Positions 49,283 through 58,981 of a DNA stretch of 64,000 nt are shown piece by piece (position 1 is the stretch's first letter; each line of letters starts with the position of its first letter). The stretch lies in the IMG/VR virus record IMGVR_UViG_3300008255_000002. One strand, 5' to 3'. A model generated the notes under the pieces. That model did not search any database. It saw only the letters and a list, made by a program, of their open reading frames with translations, and was not told the origin of the DNA. The translations under genes were made by a program, and so were the position numbers. The DNA is from a virus.

Positions 49283-50784
49283 TGAAATGTAATTTTTGCC
49301 CACTTAATAAGAAATGTATAAATAAATCATGTGAGTGCATTTCCTCTAAAACAAATCATTCACGTTATTGCGAATTAGTAAACCCTTATTCTACTTCGTA
49401 CAATAGTAAATATATTGGTTTTATTTTAAAAGATTGTGGAATAGAATATAAACCGCTTATATATATATTTGATGATTGTTTAAATATAGAAAAACATATA
49501 AATGATCAATTTCAAGTTACAAATGATATTGTAGATTCTGATATAATCATATTTAGTGAATACAGTTCTATAGAAAATATAATAAAAGAACAAAATTCAA
49601 AAAGATTCATCTTTTATCATAAAAAAAATATCATAGATTACCATTTTTGCCAGGGGATTATTACTGAAAATATAGAATCTTTAGATAAAGAAATTCATGA
49701 TAAAGTATTAGATATTAAAGATATATCAAATATAAACACATATATAAAACACATAATAGATTCAAATAAAAATCAATTTCATAGAATTCCATCATTTATT
49801 GAAAAACTAAAGAATATCACAAAAGCAGCAAAGATATATATAGAAAATATACCAAGGTTAGTAAAATCAAGCAATTTTAAAGATAATAGATTAGAAATAT
49901 GTAATAAATGTATTTATTTAACAGAAAAAAGAGAATGTATTCATTGTGGGTGTCTGGTAGACCTTAAAACACAAGTTCCATCAGAATCGTGCCCATATGG
50001 TTTCTGGAAATCATTAATTTCAAATACAAATAACGGATGTAATCAATGCGGAAAACCAAAACATAACAAAAAAACTCTAGTAGTTTCCAGATATCAAAAA
50101 GATTTAGATTGGTTAAAATATATAAATCAATCTGAAATAAATATCGTTATATATAATAAAGGTAAAAAAAATCTTAATACAAATTATAATATAATAAATA
50201 AAGATAATATAGGAAGAGAAGCAGAGACAATATCCACCTACATATATAATAATTATGAAAATCTAAGTGAGTTTACTTTTTTTAGTCAAGATGACCCATT
50301 TGAACACTCTCCGTTTTTCTTAAAACTATTAGAATATTCGTACAATAAAGAAACCTCCCTAACAAAACATTATTCTGAAAAGTTACCACCAAAATACATT
50401 AAAGATCAAGATAGTATTGAATTTATAAATAAATTAGAAATAAGGTATGGAAATGCTTTAATTAATGAACATGGAGACGGAACAATAAATAACCCTTGGT
50501 ATAATAAAGATTCCTGGAATTATCTATTTAATTGTGAAATACCAGACCCTTTATGGTTTGGTTATGGTGCAATGTGGGTTGTTCCTAGACAAAATTTACT
50601 AGCTAGACCTCGTAATTTTTGGGGAAATCTATCTAAAGAAATTATTGATGGTGAATTATCTGCGCCGGGAAAATCTTACACAAATCCTCCATTAAACCCT
50701 TGGAGTATGGAAGTTATGTGGAAATATGTATTTAGCGATCCTAAAATATATCCTCATCATACTAGGTTTGATAATGTTAATTAA
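49282..50784 (+). CDS. Multidomain Cys-rich + DUF3431-like glyco-related protein
   Basis: RLEICNKC..C.HCGC....K......CP.G.W; VVSRY..DLDW, N.GREAET...YI..NY..L..FT.F.Q.DPF.H. Confidence 0.7.
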   Translation: MKCNFCPLNKKCINKSCECISSKTNHSRYCELVNPYSTSYNSKYIGFILKDCGIEYKPLIYIFDDCLNIEKHINDQFQVTNDIVDSDIIIFSEYSSIENIIKEQNSKRFIFYHKKNIIDYHFCQGIITENIESLDKEIHDKVLDIKDISNINTYIKHIIDSNKNQFHRIPSFIEKLKNITKAAKIYIENIPRLVKSSNFKDNRLEICNKCIYLTEKRECIHCGCLVDLKTQVPSESCPYGFWKSLISNTNNGCNQCGKPKHNKKTLVVSRYQKDLDWLKYINQSEINIVIYNKGKKNLNTNYNIINKDNIGREAETISTYIYNNYENLSEFTFFSQDDPFEHSPFFLKLLEYSYNKETSLTKHYSEKLPPKYIKDQDSIEFINKLEIRYGNALINEHGDGTINNPWYNKDSWNYLFNCEIPDPLWFGYGAMWVVPRQNLLARPRNFWGNLSKEIIDGELSAPGKSYTNPPLNPWSMEVMWKYVFSDPKIYPHHTRFDNVN

Positions 50785-52048
50785 TAATTATACAAAAACA
50801 ATTATTATAACACCAAGAAAAACAGGTTCGTGGACTTTAGAAAAAACTTTACCCAAATATGGATGGGTTAGTTATGGTGTAGATTTTCAACACGAAACAT
50901 TTATACCAGAGGGGTTTTCTAGTTATAAAGTAATATTAATTACAAGAAATCCATATTCAAGGGCAGTAAGTTTATGGTGTCAATTTAAAAGAGAAAATAA
51001 TATAAATATAGATTTTATTACTTATATAAAAGATCAACTTATATCTAAAAAAGATAGATATCATTATTACACAATAACTGATTATTACAATAATTTATAT
51101 AAAGTAGATCATATTATTAAGTTAGAGGAATTCAATATTGAATTCGGAAAATTAGGAATAAATATAGATATTATAGAAAATTACTCAGAAAAAGATAATT
51201 TTTGGTACAAATATTATTGCGAAGAATCAATCTCTCTAATTAAACAATGGGCAAAAGATGATTTTGATAAATTTGGATATTCTACAGAATATAAATCAAA
51301 TAGACTTGAAGCAAAAATAAATAGATTAGAAATCCATGTTGCTGATCATTGTACATTAAAATGTTTTGGGTGTAATCATCTATCACCACAATTAAATAAG
51401 AAATTATATAATATCAAAGATTATATTTATTGGCTTGATAAATTAAGAAATCACGGAACATTTTACGATATAATTAGTTTAACTGGTGGTGAACCTTTTC
51501 TAAATCCCTCTCTAATAGAATTTGTAAAAACTATCAAGGGGTACTGTTTCAAAACAGAAATTTGTACAAATCTATTCTGGTTAAAAGATGAAAAATCTAT
51601 TGATAAATATAAAGATATTATAGAATCTGTAGATATACTAACAATAAGTATGTATAAAAAATATTCAAAATATAATCAAAAACCATTACTCGAAAAATTA
51701 GATAAATTATATCCCGATAAATTATTTTTTCATTATAAAGATACAGTAGAAACATTTTTTATAAATAATTTTACAGAAGAATATCTACCAGTTATAGAGA
51801 ATAATTGTGCTGTTAAAAATTGCACACAATTACTATCTAACGGTTATTTATATAGATGTCCTTATGGGAGAGTTATTGATATTGACGGGGCTGTTCCACA
51901 AAATATAGATATGACAGATATGGTGTATGATATAGATAATGATAGTAGAAATCTACAAGATTGGCACGATAAATGGGAAATGAATTGTTGTCATCATTGC
52001 ACTTTAGGGCAAGGAAAACAAAAAGAGATTGAATGGAAAGAGATATGA
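50726..52048 (+). CDS. Sulfotransferase-like + radical SAM fusion (likely start MLINNY)
   Basis: PRKTGS and RNPYSRAVS (PAPS-binding-like), DFDKFGY; CTLKCFGC, GGEPFL, C-terminal C..C..YRCP..CHHC. Confidence 0.8.
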   Translation: MYLAILKYILIILGLIMLINNYTKTIIITPRKTGSWTLEKTLPKYGWVSYGVDFQHETFIPEGFSSYKVILITRNPYSRAVSLWCQFKRENNINIDFITYIKDQLISKKDRYHYYTITDYYNNLYKVDHIIKLEEFNIEFGKLGINIDIIENYSEKDNFWYKYYCEESISLIKQWAKDDFDKFGYSTEYKSNRLEAKINRLEIHVADHCTLKCFGCNHLSPQLNKKLYNIKDYIYWLDKLRNHGTFYDIISLTGGEPFLNPSLIEFVKTIKGYCFKTEICTNLFWLKDEKSIDKYKDIIESVDILTISMYKKYSKYNQKPLLEKLDKLYPDKLFFHYKDTVETFFINNFTEEYLPVIENNCAVKNCTQLLSNGYLYRCPYGRVIDIDGAVPQNIDMTDMVYDIDNDSRNLQDWHDKWEMNCCHHCTLGQGKQKEIEWKEI

Positions 52049-52992
52049 TTACACTGGTTGTTCCATGTCATAAAAACGAGTTAATTAAAGATTTTTTAGA
52101 TGCCTGGGAATCATATAAATTTTGGGATCAATTAATAGTAGTTGAAGACTATCCATTTAAAACATTTGATTGTTTACCAGTTGATACATTGCATTACTCC
52201 CACCAAGAAATAGATATTGATTTAGGGGGGGATAATTGGATTATTTCGCGGCGTGATTCAGCTATTCGATCTTATGGGTTTATTAAAGCCTATCAATTAG
52301 GATCAGAAATTATTGTCACATTAGATTCTGATTGTTATCCAGATAAAGAATATCTAAATTTTATAGATTGGTATAAAAATAATCTTTTCAATACAAAGTC
52401 TTGGGAATCAAGTATTATAGGAATGAGGGTTAGGGGATTACCATATCATAATTTTGGTAACTTGCCGGTAATGTTATCTATTGGATTATGGACAAATATT
52501 CCAGATTTAGATGGTATATGTCAATTATCTCAAGGTATACCGGATAACTTTCGCCCGCCACCACACACTAGAATTCTCCCTAACAAACAATATATCCCTA
52601 TATGTGGTATGAATCTTGCATTTCGTAGAGAATTCGCCCCATTATCATATTTTGGATTACAAGGACAACAACAACCATTCTCACGATTTGATGATATTTG
52701 GTTTGGAGTTATTGCAAAAAAGATATGTGATCATTTAGGATGGTCTATTTCTGTAGGCGAACCTTTTATAAAACATAATAGGGCTAGTGACCCATTTATA
52801 AATTTAATTAAAGAAGCTCCCGGTATTAAGTTTCATGATAATTTCTGGGAGTATATAGATTCTGCAATATTAACTAAGACAACTGCTGTAGAATGTATGA
52901 AGGAAATAGGTAATCATCTTTATAATTCTGATAATCTTTATGTTAAAAAACTAGGAATGGCATATTGTTTATGGTCTAATCTCTTTAATTAA
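52033..52992 (+). CDS. RGP / UDP-arabinopyranose mutase (GT75)-like protein
   Basis: DSAIRSYGF, TLDSDCYP, VRGLPY, GLWTNIPDLD, CGMNLAF.RE, RFDDIW.G...K.ICDHLG, H.RASDPF.NL.KE. Confidence 0.85.
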   Translation: MERDMITLVVPCHKNELIKDFLDAWESYKFWDQLIVVEDYPFKTFDCLPVDTLHYSHQEIDIDLGGDNWIISRRDSAIRSYGFIKAYQLGSEIIVTLDSDCYPDKEYLNFIDWYKNNLFNTKSWESSIIGMRVRGLPYHNFGNLPVMLSIGLWTNIPDLDGICQLSQGIPDNFRPPPHTRILPNKQYIPICGMNLAFRREFAPLSYFGLQGQQQPFSRFDDIWFGVIAKKICDHLGWSISVGEPFIKHNRASDPFINLIKEAPGIKFHDNFWEYIDSAILTKTTAVECMKEIGNHLYNSDNLYVKKLGMAYCLWSNLFN

Positions 52993-53680
52993 TATTATCT
53001 TGAAAATTTATAGGTTTATTAATTTTGTTTTCTATTACATATTTATCATGTGCTTTGGCTGATTCTATTTCACTATCAAATATTCCTATATGTATATGTC
53101 GTGTTGTCCAAATATAAGCTACCCACCTTTCTACTTTTTTATTCCAAGAAACACCATAATAATTTGAATAACTATTTCTTCTTTTTTTACAATGCCTTCT
53201 ATTATTCGCTTGTTCTTTAGCAGTAGACCATTTTACATTTGTTTTTTCGTAATTACCATCATTATTAATACGATCAATACTATATTTATCGTTTGGTTTT
53301 GGTCCAACATCTTTATAAAACAATTCAAAAGATTTTAACCATTCGTCACACACTGTTATACCGCGTCCACCATAATGATGATATGCTTTATGATTAGGGT
53401 TTCTACACCTTTGAATCATCTCTATCCATGCTGTATATTCTGATGTATAACTCATTTTATGTGTACACACTCTTTCTCCTATCTTTTTTGAATTTTCTTT
53501 TTTTAAACATCCACATGATTGCGAATGTTGAGATTTTAAATTTCCAGCAGAATATTCTTTACGATTTTTATTACAACTACACTCACATACCCACATAGTT
53601 TGACCTTTCTTATTTTGCGATCTCTCTATTACAGTAAGTCTCCCAAAAGTTTTTGTTGTAAGGTCTATAAATTTACCCAT
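52985..53680 (-). CDS. HNH-AP2 homing endonuclease
   Basis: YGGRGITVC..W, SIDRINNDGNYE..NVKW, AP2 tail; similar to 6646-7332. Confidence 0.9.
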   Translation of the reverse strand: MGKFIDLTTKTFGRLTVIERSQNKKGQTMWVCECSCNKNRKEYSAGNLKSQHSQSCGCLKKENSKKIGERVCTHKMSYTSEYTAWIEMIQRCRNPNHKAYHHYGGRGITVCDEWLKSFELFYKDVGPKPNDKYSIDRINNDGNYEKTNVKWSTAKEQANNRRHCKKRRNSYSNYYGVSWNKKVERWVAYIWTTRHIHIGIFDSEIESAKAHDKYVIENKINKPINFQDNIN

Positions 53681-54950
53681 AATAAATAATCTCCGTATAT
53701 ATATTTGATAACATCTTAAAGTTTATTGATTCTGGTAGTTTTGATTTTTCATGTAACTCATCTAGTGTTGTAATTTGTAATTCGGCAAAATCTAAAATTT
53801 TCTGATAATCACACTTCCCTAAACGAATATCCATCAACCAATCTTTAAGTACGCCATCAAATCTTACAATTGGCTCTCCGGTTTGAAGGATGTTTTCTCC
53901 ACTAAGTAGCAAACGAACACAATGCATCATGTTTTTACAGTCATATGACGATTGTTTCCCATCACTCGCGATAAATCTGTTTCGATTACGTTCTCTCATC
54001 CATGTCCAATAACTATTCCAATCACGTATTGCTTTTTCATATGCGTCTTTATTGTAAATTAACAATCCACAAAAACGTTCTCTTTCATGATCTTTAGGGA
54101 TAGACTCGCATGTAACTAAAGTATCATCTCCGCGAAATACACCTTTAGATTCTTTCCCATAAAAATATAATCTATAAGTATTGTGGGTTTGTTCTAATGC
54201 AGCAACATGATATAATTTTAAATCAAAATTTTTATTTTCTATCTTTTTATAATCATTTATATTAATTGGTCGTCCTGGAAAATTAGATCTATAATTATTA
54301 TCATATAGCAGTATATAACAAAAATCTTCCTTAACTGGTTTCCGTAGGCAATCGAATTTTTTGTCTAATTCAATTTCAGGTAAATTATACAAATCGTGTG
54401 CGGTGTTGTATCCAGTGCGTTCCAATTCCTCGGCACATTCCAAACTTACATTCTCTCTAATCAAATCTATCGTAGTTTGCCCACGCTCAAGAGCTAGTCT
54501 AAGTTCGTCGATTGCTTCTAGGTGTTCTTGATTTAGGGAAATTTTTTTCTTTTGTCCACGAGCTTTTTTAATTTGCGCGATTGCGTATCCACAAACGCTT
54601 TTGTACGCTTGTTTTGTGATGAACTTCGTTCTGTTTTCTTTAATGATATTCCATTGCGGACTTGTCGTTTCTACACAATCATCTGGCATCCATAACAATT
54701 CTAAAATATTAGGATTACTATTACGAAGCAAATCAAAAAATCGCTTTACAGAATAATAAACATCATCCTGTTTATCGTTATTGATTTGTTCTGGTGGCGG
54801 TTGTAAATCTGTGTATCTTAATGGATCAACTGAAAATACTCCACGATAATCCTTATCACTTGTTTCTAAGTTTAATCCATAAGCGTGACTACCAGAAAGA
54901 CATTTAAAAATCAGATTGTAATTTTCTATTGTTGTCATGTTAAATCTCAA
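53673..54950 (-). CDS. Pol-beta superfamily nucleotidyltransferase (RlaP/YcgL-like)
   Basis: GSHAYGL...SDKDYRGVF, NPNILELLW, GYA..Q, YD.KNMMHCVRLL. Confidence 0.88.
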   Translation of the reverse strand: MRFNMTTIENYNLIFKCLSGSHAYGLNLETSDKDYRGVFSVDPLRYTDLQPPPEQINNDKQDDVYYSVKRFFDLLRNSNPNILELLWMPDDCVETTSPQWNIIKENRTKFITKQAYKSVCGYAIAQIKKARGQKKKISLNQEHLEAIDELRLALERGQTTIDLIRENVSLECAEELERTGYNTAHDLYNLPEIELDKKFDCLRKPVKEDFCYILLYDNNYRSNFPGRPININDYKKIENKNFDLKLYHVAALEQTHNTYRLYFYGKESKGVFRGDDTLVTCESIPKDHERERFCGLLIYNKDAYEKAIRDWNSYWTWMRERNRNRFIASDGKQSSYDCKNMMHCVRLLLSGENILQTGEPIVRFDGVLKDWLMDIRLGKCDYQKILDFAELQITTLDELHEKSKLPESINFKMLSNIYTEIIYYG

Positions 54951-55041
54951 TATCTCTCTGATATTTAGACCCGCACACTAATTTATCAACAGAAATTTCA
55001 ACAGGGTAAATAAACTTTTTAGTCATTATATACTCCTAAAA

Positions 55042-55581
55042 TTAAACTTTTATACAAAAGTTATTCATTGTAATTCCAGCCGCAACAGCAACATTCAAAC
55101 TTCGCACACTTCCATATTGAGGAATGTAAATCAAATCATCAAGTATATCAATTACATCTTGATAAAGCCCACAACCCTCATGTCCAAAAACAAAAACCGT
55201 ATGATGATCTTTTTTGTATTGGAAGTCGTTTATATTTTTTGCTCCATCGAGATTATCAACACCTACTAAATGTATAGGTAAACCAATATTATTTGACAAC
55301 CCCTCTAAGACAATCTTTAATTCCTGGATATCTTTTGCATATTCAAACCTCATATACTTGTATGCACCGACCGCGCTTCGTCTATCATATTTACGACGAT
55401 ACAACATTATGATTTTATGCGCCATAAATGCGTTAGCACTACGAATCACACTTCCTAAATTTAAATCCTTTAATTCGTTATGTAAAACTACAGAAAAATT
55501 GTTATGATTGGTATCAAGATATGATTTTATAGCTTCTTCATTCCAATATTTCATGTAGTCTACAACAGCGCGGGTACTCAT
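55042..55581 (-). CDS. SpoU/TrmH-family RNA 2'-O-methyltransferase
   Basis: NLGSVIRSANAF, FGHEG.GL, IPQYGSVRSLNVAVAAGI. Confidence 0.92.
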   Translation of the reverse strand: MSTRAVVDYMKYWNEEAIKSYLDTNHNNFSVVLHNELKDLNLGSVIRSANAFMAHKIIMLYRRKYDRRSAVGAYKYMRFEYAKDIQELKIVLEGLSNNIGLPIHLVGVDNLDGAKNINDFQYKKDHHTVFVFGHEGCGLYQDVIDILDDLIYIPQYGSVRSLNVAVAAGITMNNFCIKV

Positions 55582-55775
55582 TGTATTTTTCCAACAATAC
55601 TAACATTTATATTAGATTCTTCATTAAACTGAATAATCTCTACGTTTTTTGTTTGAATGTTTATAACAACCATTTCATTTTTCTCTGGTGGAGAGATTAC
55701 TCCAAGTAATAAACCGTAGGTTTCATCTACAAAAACATCATTTTCAGAAAGATCGCTTATTTTAATCTCTTGCAT
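55578..55775 (-). CDS. Hypothetical protein
   Basis: Operon-packed ORF. Confidence 0.5.
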   Translation of the reverse strand: MQEIKISDLSENDVFVDETYGLLLGVISPPEKNEMVVINIQTKNVEIIQFNEESNINVSIVGKIQ

Positions 55776-55819
55776 AATCAGACCTTAATCTATAGATGTA
55801 AAATCCCTTACAAAAACCT

Positions 55820-56101
55820 TCATGGTTGAATTCCTTCTTTCCATACTGGTAAATTTTGTGCGGATAAAGCTTTTTTAAGATGTTCTGGATCTACCTTCAT
55901 AATAGGTAGTAATTGTTCTAAAAACCATTGTTTTTTATTAATATCCTTCTCTAACAAACCATTAATTACTATGTCTATAGGTAAACTATCAACAAAAGAA
56001 ATGATAGGGTTTTGTTCAACAGGATCTTCCGATACAACTCTTAATTCCATATCACTGTTAATATATACTTTTTGTCTATTAACAATTTTATACTCAAGCA
56101 T
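55820..56101 (-). CDS. Hypothetical protein
   Basis: KQWFLEQ...W.EGI.P motif. Confidence 0.55.
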   Translation of the reverse strand: MLEYKIVNRQKVYINSDMELRVVSEDPVEQNPIISFVDSLPIDIVINGLLEKDINKKQWFLEQLLPIMKVDPEHLKKALSAQNLPVWKEGIQP

Positions 56102-56354
56102 CTTTATGTGTGATCCTTAAAGGTTTTAGATAAGGAGTATCCAAATACTTCTGATTAAAAGCAAAACGATCTACAGTAGTTTCATCGCTAAACATTCTTC
56201 GTCCTTTAATACAATAAAAAACATCACCATTTATTATTTTCTTTTGACAGTCTTCAATAGCTTCCCATTTTCTTAAATAATATTTGTTATCTTTTGCTTC
56301 ACAATAATTATCTGTAAAAACATCTCCCCTTTTTATATTTTTTATTTCATTCAT
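56094..56354 (-). CDS. Hypothetical protein
   Basis: Operon-packed ORF. Confidence 0.55.
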   Translation of the reverse strand: MNEIKNIKRGDVFTDNYCEAKDNKYYLRKWEAIEDCQKKIINGDVFYCIKGRRMFSDETTVDRFAFNQKYLDTPYLKPLRITHKDA

Positions 56355-56923
56355 TATTCATATCCCATTTGTAAAATTTGTCTAACCTCCATAAGAGTCT
56401 TGCCCAATAAATTTAATCCTAACCATTGATCAGGATTATTGATTCTTGAGTCTTGATCTGATAACCCAACACCCCAAATTTTATCATATGGTGAAGCTTC
56501 AACAATTATAGAGTTTCCTGTACTAACTAATTTATTGTTTAACTCTTGATTTTGAGAAAATTTTAACATACACGCTAAATATACAATATCGTATCTCCAT
56601 GTACTCCAAACAGCATTATCAAATCCTGAAACATCTCTTCCTAAAGTTTTCATCCTCTTTGGATTTTCTTCTTGTAGAATAACATTTGCGATATCGAAAT
56701 CTTTAAATAATCTAGCTTTTGCCCACATCATAAATTGTTCTACACACAAAAACATTGTTTTAGGGGATTCATGTATAGATTTACAACCTACTAGATGTGT
56801 GTGAATTTTTGGATTATATGTAAAATCAGACATAAACCAATTTGACATATAACCATTCGGTTTATTAGCGCCCCAAAAAGTTATCATTTTACTTTCACCT
56901 TCCCGTCTAGATACATAATCCAT
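56354..56923 (-). CDS. NADAR (YbiA-like) protein
   Basis: SNW, EQFMMWAKARLFKD, K.LGR.V..FD, KFSQN, EASPYDKIWGVG, G.NLLGK.LM. Confidence 0.93.
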   Translation of the reverse strand: MDYVSRREGESKMITFWGANKPNGYMSNWFMSDFTYNPKIHTHLVGCKSIHESPKTMFLCVEQFMMWAKARLFKDFDIANVILQEENPKRMKTLGRDVSGFDNAVWSTWRYDIVYLACMLKFSQNQELNNKLVSTGNSIIVEASPYDKIWGVGLSDQDSRINNPDQWLGLNLLGKTLMEVRQILQMGYE

Positions 56924-57348
56924 CTTGGGTAAACCCTTTTTCTTTTTAACATTTTAAAATCTAAATCGTAATTATTTTTTGTTTGGTTATATAATACTAT
57001 ACCTGTTAATTCTGGTACAATAATTTGATTTTCTATACATTCTATTTCTATAGATTTTATTATATTTTTTATAGTGTCTCCGTATTCAATTATATCATCA
57101 ATAATAATATATCGTTTAAGTATTCCTTCAACTATTTTTTTGCTATGGCTTTTATCTTTCTTTTTTCTTACGGCAATAACACCTTTATTTAACTCATAAG
57201 CTATAATTGGGGCTATTAGTGCCCCAGACAATCCGGTAAAGGCTACAGAATCAAAAGAAACATATCTAAGCTTTTTTGTTATTTTTTTTATTAATAAATC
57301 ACGGTCCCACAAATCAAATGCATCATTCAAATAATCCGAATGAATCAT
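56884..57348 (-). CDS. Type I phosphoribosyltransferase
   Basis: G.SG, VRK...SH, YIIIDDIIEYGDT. Confidence 0.85.
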   Translation of the reverse strand: MIHSDYLNDAFDLWDRDLLIKKITKKLRYVSFDSVAFTGLSGALIAPIIAYELNKGVIAVRKKKDKSHSKKIVEGILKRYIIIDDIIEYGDTIKNIIKSIEIECIENQIIVPELTGIVLYNQTKNNYDLDFKMLKRKRVYPRWIMYLDGKVKVK

Positions 57349-57998
57349 TTTAAATTCCCTAAAGCAATATCACCGGAAAGGTATTTCAGTGCCGCTTTTT
57401 GTATACGAATAATAGTATCTTTTGATTTTTTATATTTCTTTGTCATTTTATTTATTGACAAATTTTTATAATACATATCATTTATTACTTCTTTGTATTT
57501 TTGTGGTAACTTTTCTATCTTTTCTTTCATTAAAACTATTTCTAATGAATCTTCGGCAATATTTTGTTGTTTCTTATCTACTATTTCATATACATCTGAA
57601 TCAATTGATGACGTGTAAGAATATAGTATATTTGGGTTTGTGTGAATTTTATTTGTTTCTTTTTTACCTTTTGGTGCAGCTTTCCTTAGATATTTATTTA
57701 TGTAGTGTTTATGATACCTACAAATAATACCTTTTGGGTTGTCATATTTTTCACCATCATAAATTCTATATGCAAATTCTAAAAGATCATATGTTGAATC
57801 AGATAAAATTGCTTCAAATTCTGGATGAAATCTTAATGAATATATTTTTCGTTTACAACAAGATAAAGTGTATCTGTACCAATCATTGATAAACTGTTCA
57901 AATGTTGTTTTTATATATTTTTCAGACATGCAAATTCTCCATTGTTTTTTGTGTAGTAAACTTTTTTGATGCCTATTTTTTTTATAAATTCCATACAT
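57345..57998 (-). CDS. Sigma70 region-4-like protein (likely start MSEKYI)
   Basis: IEKLPQKYKEVI...YY..LS....K...S...I..IQKAALKYL. Confidence 0.65.
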   Translation of the reverse strand: MYGIYKKNRHQKSLLHKKQWRICMSEKYIKTTFEQFINDWYRYTLSCCKRKIYSLRFHPEFEAILSDSTYDLLEFAYRIYDGEKYDNPKGIICRYHKHYINKYLRKAAPKGKKETNKIHTNPNILYSYTSSIDSDVYEIVDKKQQNIAEDSLEIVLMKEKIEKLPQKYKEVINDMYYKNLSINKMTKKYKKSKDTIIRIQKAALKYLSGDIALGNLK

Positions 57999-58327
57999 CT
58001 ATCACATGGCTTACTTATCCTTATGTTTCCATGTCTATCAATTCTTATATTCCATAAAGAAAAACCGTCTATCAGGTGTATTCTTTTACACTTGATGACG
58101 GCATGTACTTCACTATGTATATGATCTTTCCAATAGTTGTGTTTGTGACACAATGTATGGGTTTTAATCTGAGAATTAAAACCTATTGACTCTATCTTTT
58201 TTCCGTTAAGAAGAAAGCTAATATGTCTACTTCGCCCATTACATTTATATATGTTTTTATAGGCGAGTTTAATTAACTTACGTTCTAATTCGGAATACAT
58301 CAACTCCTTTTTCATTTCTATGATCAT
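57911..58327 (-). CDS. Cytidine/CMP deaminase-like protein
   Basis: GFN, HSE, SKPCDRC, IKKVYYT. Confidence 0.8.
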   Translation of the reverse strand: MIIEMKKELMYSELERKLIKLAYKNIYKCNGRSRHISFLLNGKKIESIGFNSQIKTHTLCHKHNYWKDHIHSEVHAVIKCKRIHLIDGFSLWNIRIDRHGNIRISKPCDRCMEFIKKIGIKKVYYTKNNGEFACLKNI

Positions 58328-58456
58328 AATTCAAAATATCTTCCAGTAAAGTATTTCTAACATTGTCTGCAAAACAAATGTCTTGCGGACGATTACCCTT
58401 GTTAACAACAACATTATCGCAAATTACAGAATTTTTAGATACTTGAATAACCTTCA

Positions 58457-58981
58457 TTAATCTACTCCATAGTATTTATCTAATTTAAAAAATGAGTCCG
58501 CTCGATTAAGCATCTGCAAAAATTCAGTATGAATAACTTTTGGAACATACTCTAAAATATGCTTTAGTTCTTCATCTGTTTCTGGTAGCTTGTAGCTATT
58601 TTTCAGCGCTCTTTGAATTCTCATTTTCTTACGTACTGATGCTGGTAGTTCTCTAGAATCATTAGGATGTGTGCAACTCCAACAAATCCTTAGAGAATCT
58701 TTTGATCTATATACAATAATTACTCCAGATCTCTTATGAACACGTTTTAGCGGTAAGATTCCGCTTGCAACACGAGATAGAGTAATCATCGAATTAACTT
58801 CTTTGTGCATTTCTTCATTATCTTTAAATGAATTAAATGCAAGCTTTACACCAAATCCTTCAAGTCTATCTTTCAGATTTATTACTACATTTTTCTTTTC
58901 ATTCTCTTCATTTGTTGGATGAAAAGACATCATGATAGTATTATGATTTTTGATCATATGATTTAGTTGAGAAATCTTCAT
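58457..58981 (-). CDS. Hypothetical protein
   Basis: Operon-packed ORF. Confidence 0.6.
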   Translation of the reverse strand: MKISQLNHMIKNHNTIMMSFHPTNEENEKKNVVINLKDRLEGFGVKLAFNSFKDNEEMHKEVNSMITLSRVASGILPLKRVHKRSGVIIVYRSKDSLRICWSCTHPNDSRELPASVRKKMRIQRALKNSYKLPETDEELKHILEYVPKVIHTEFLQMLNRADSFFKLDKYYGVD

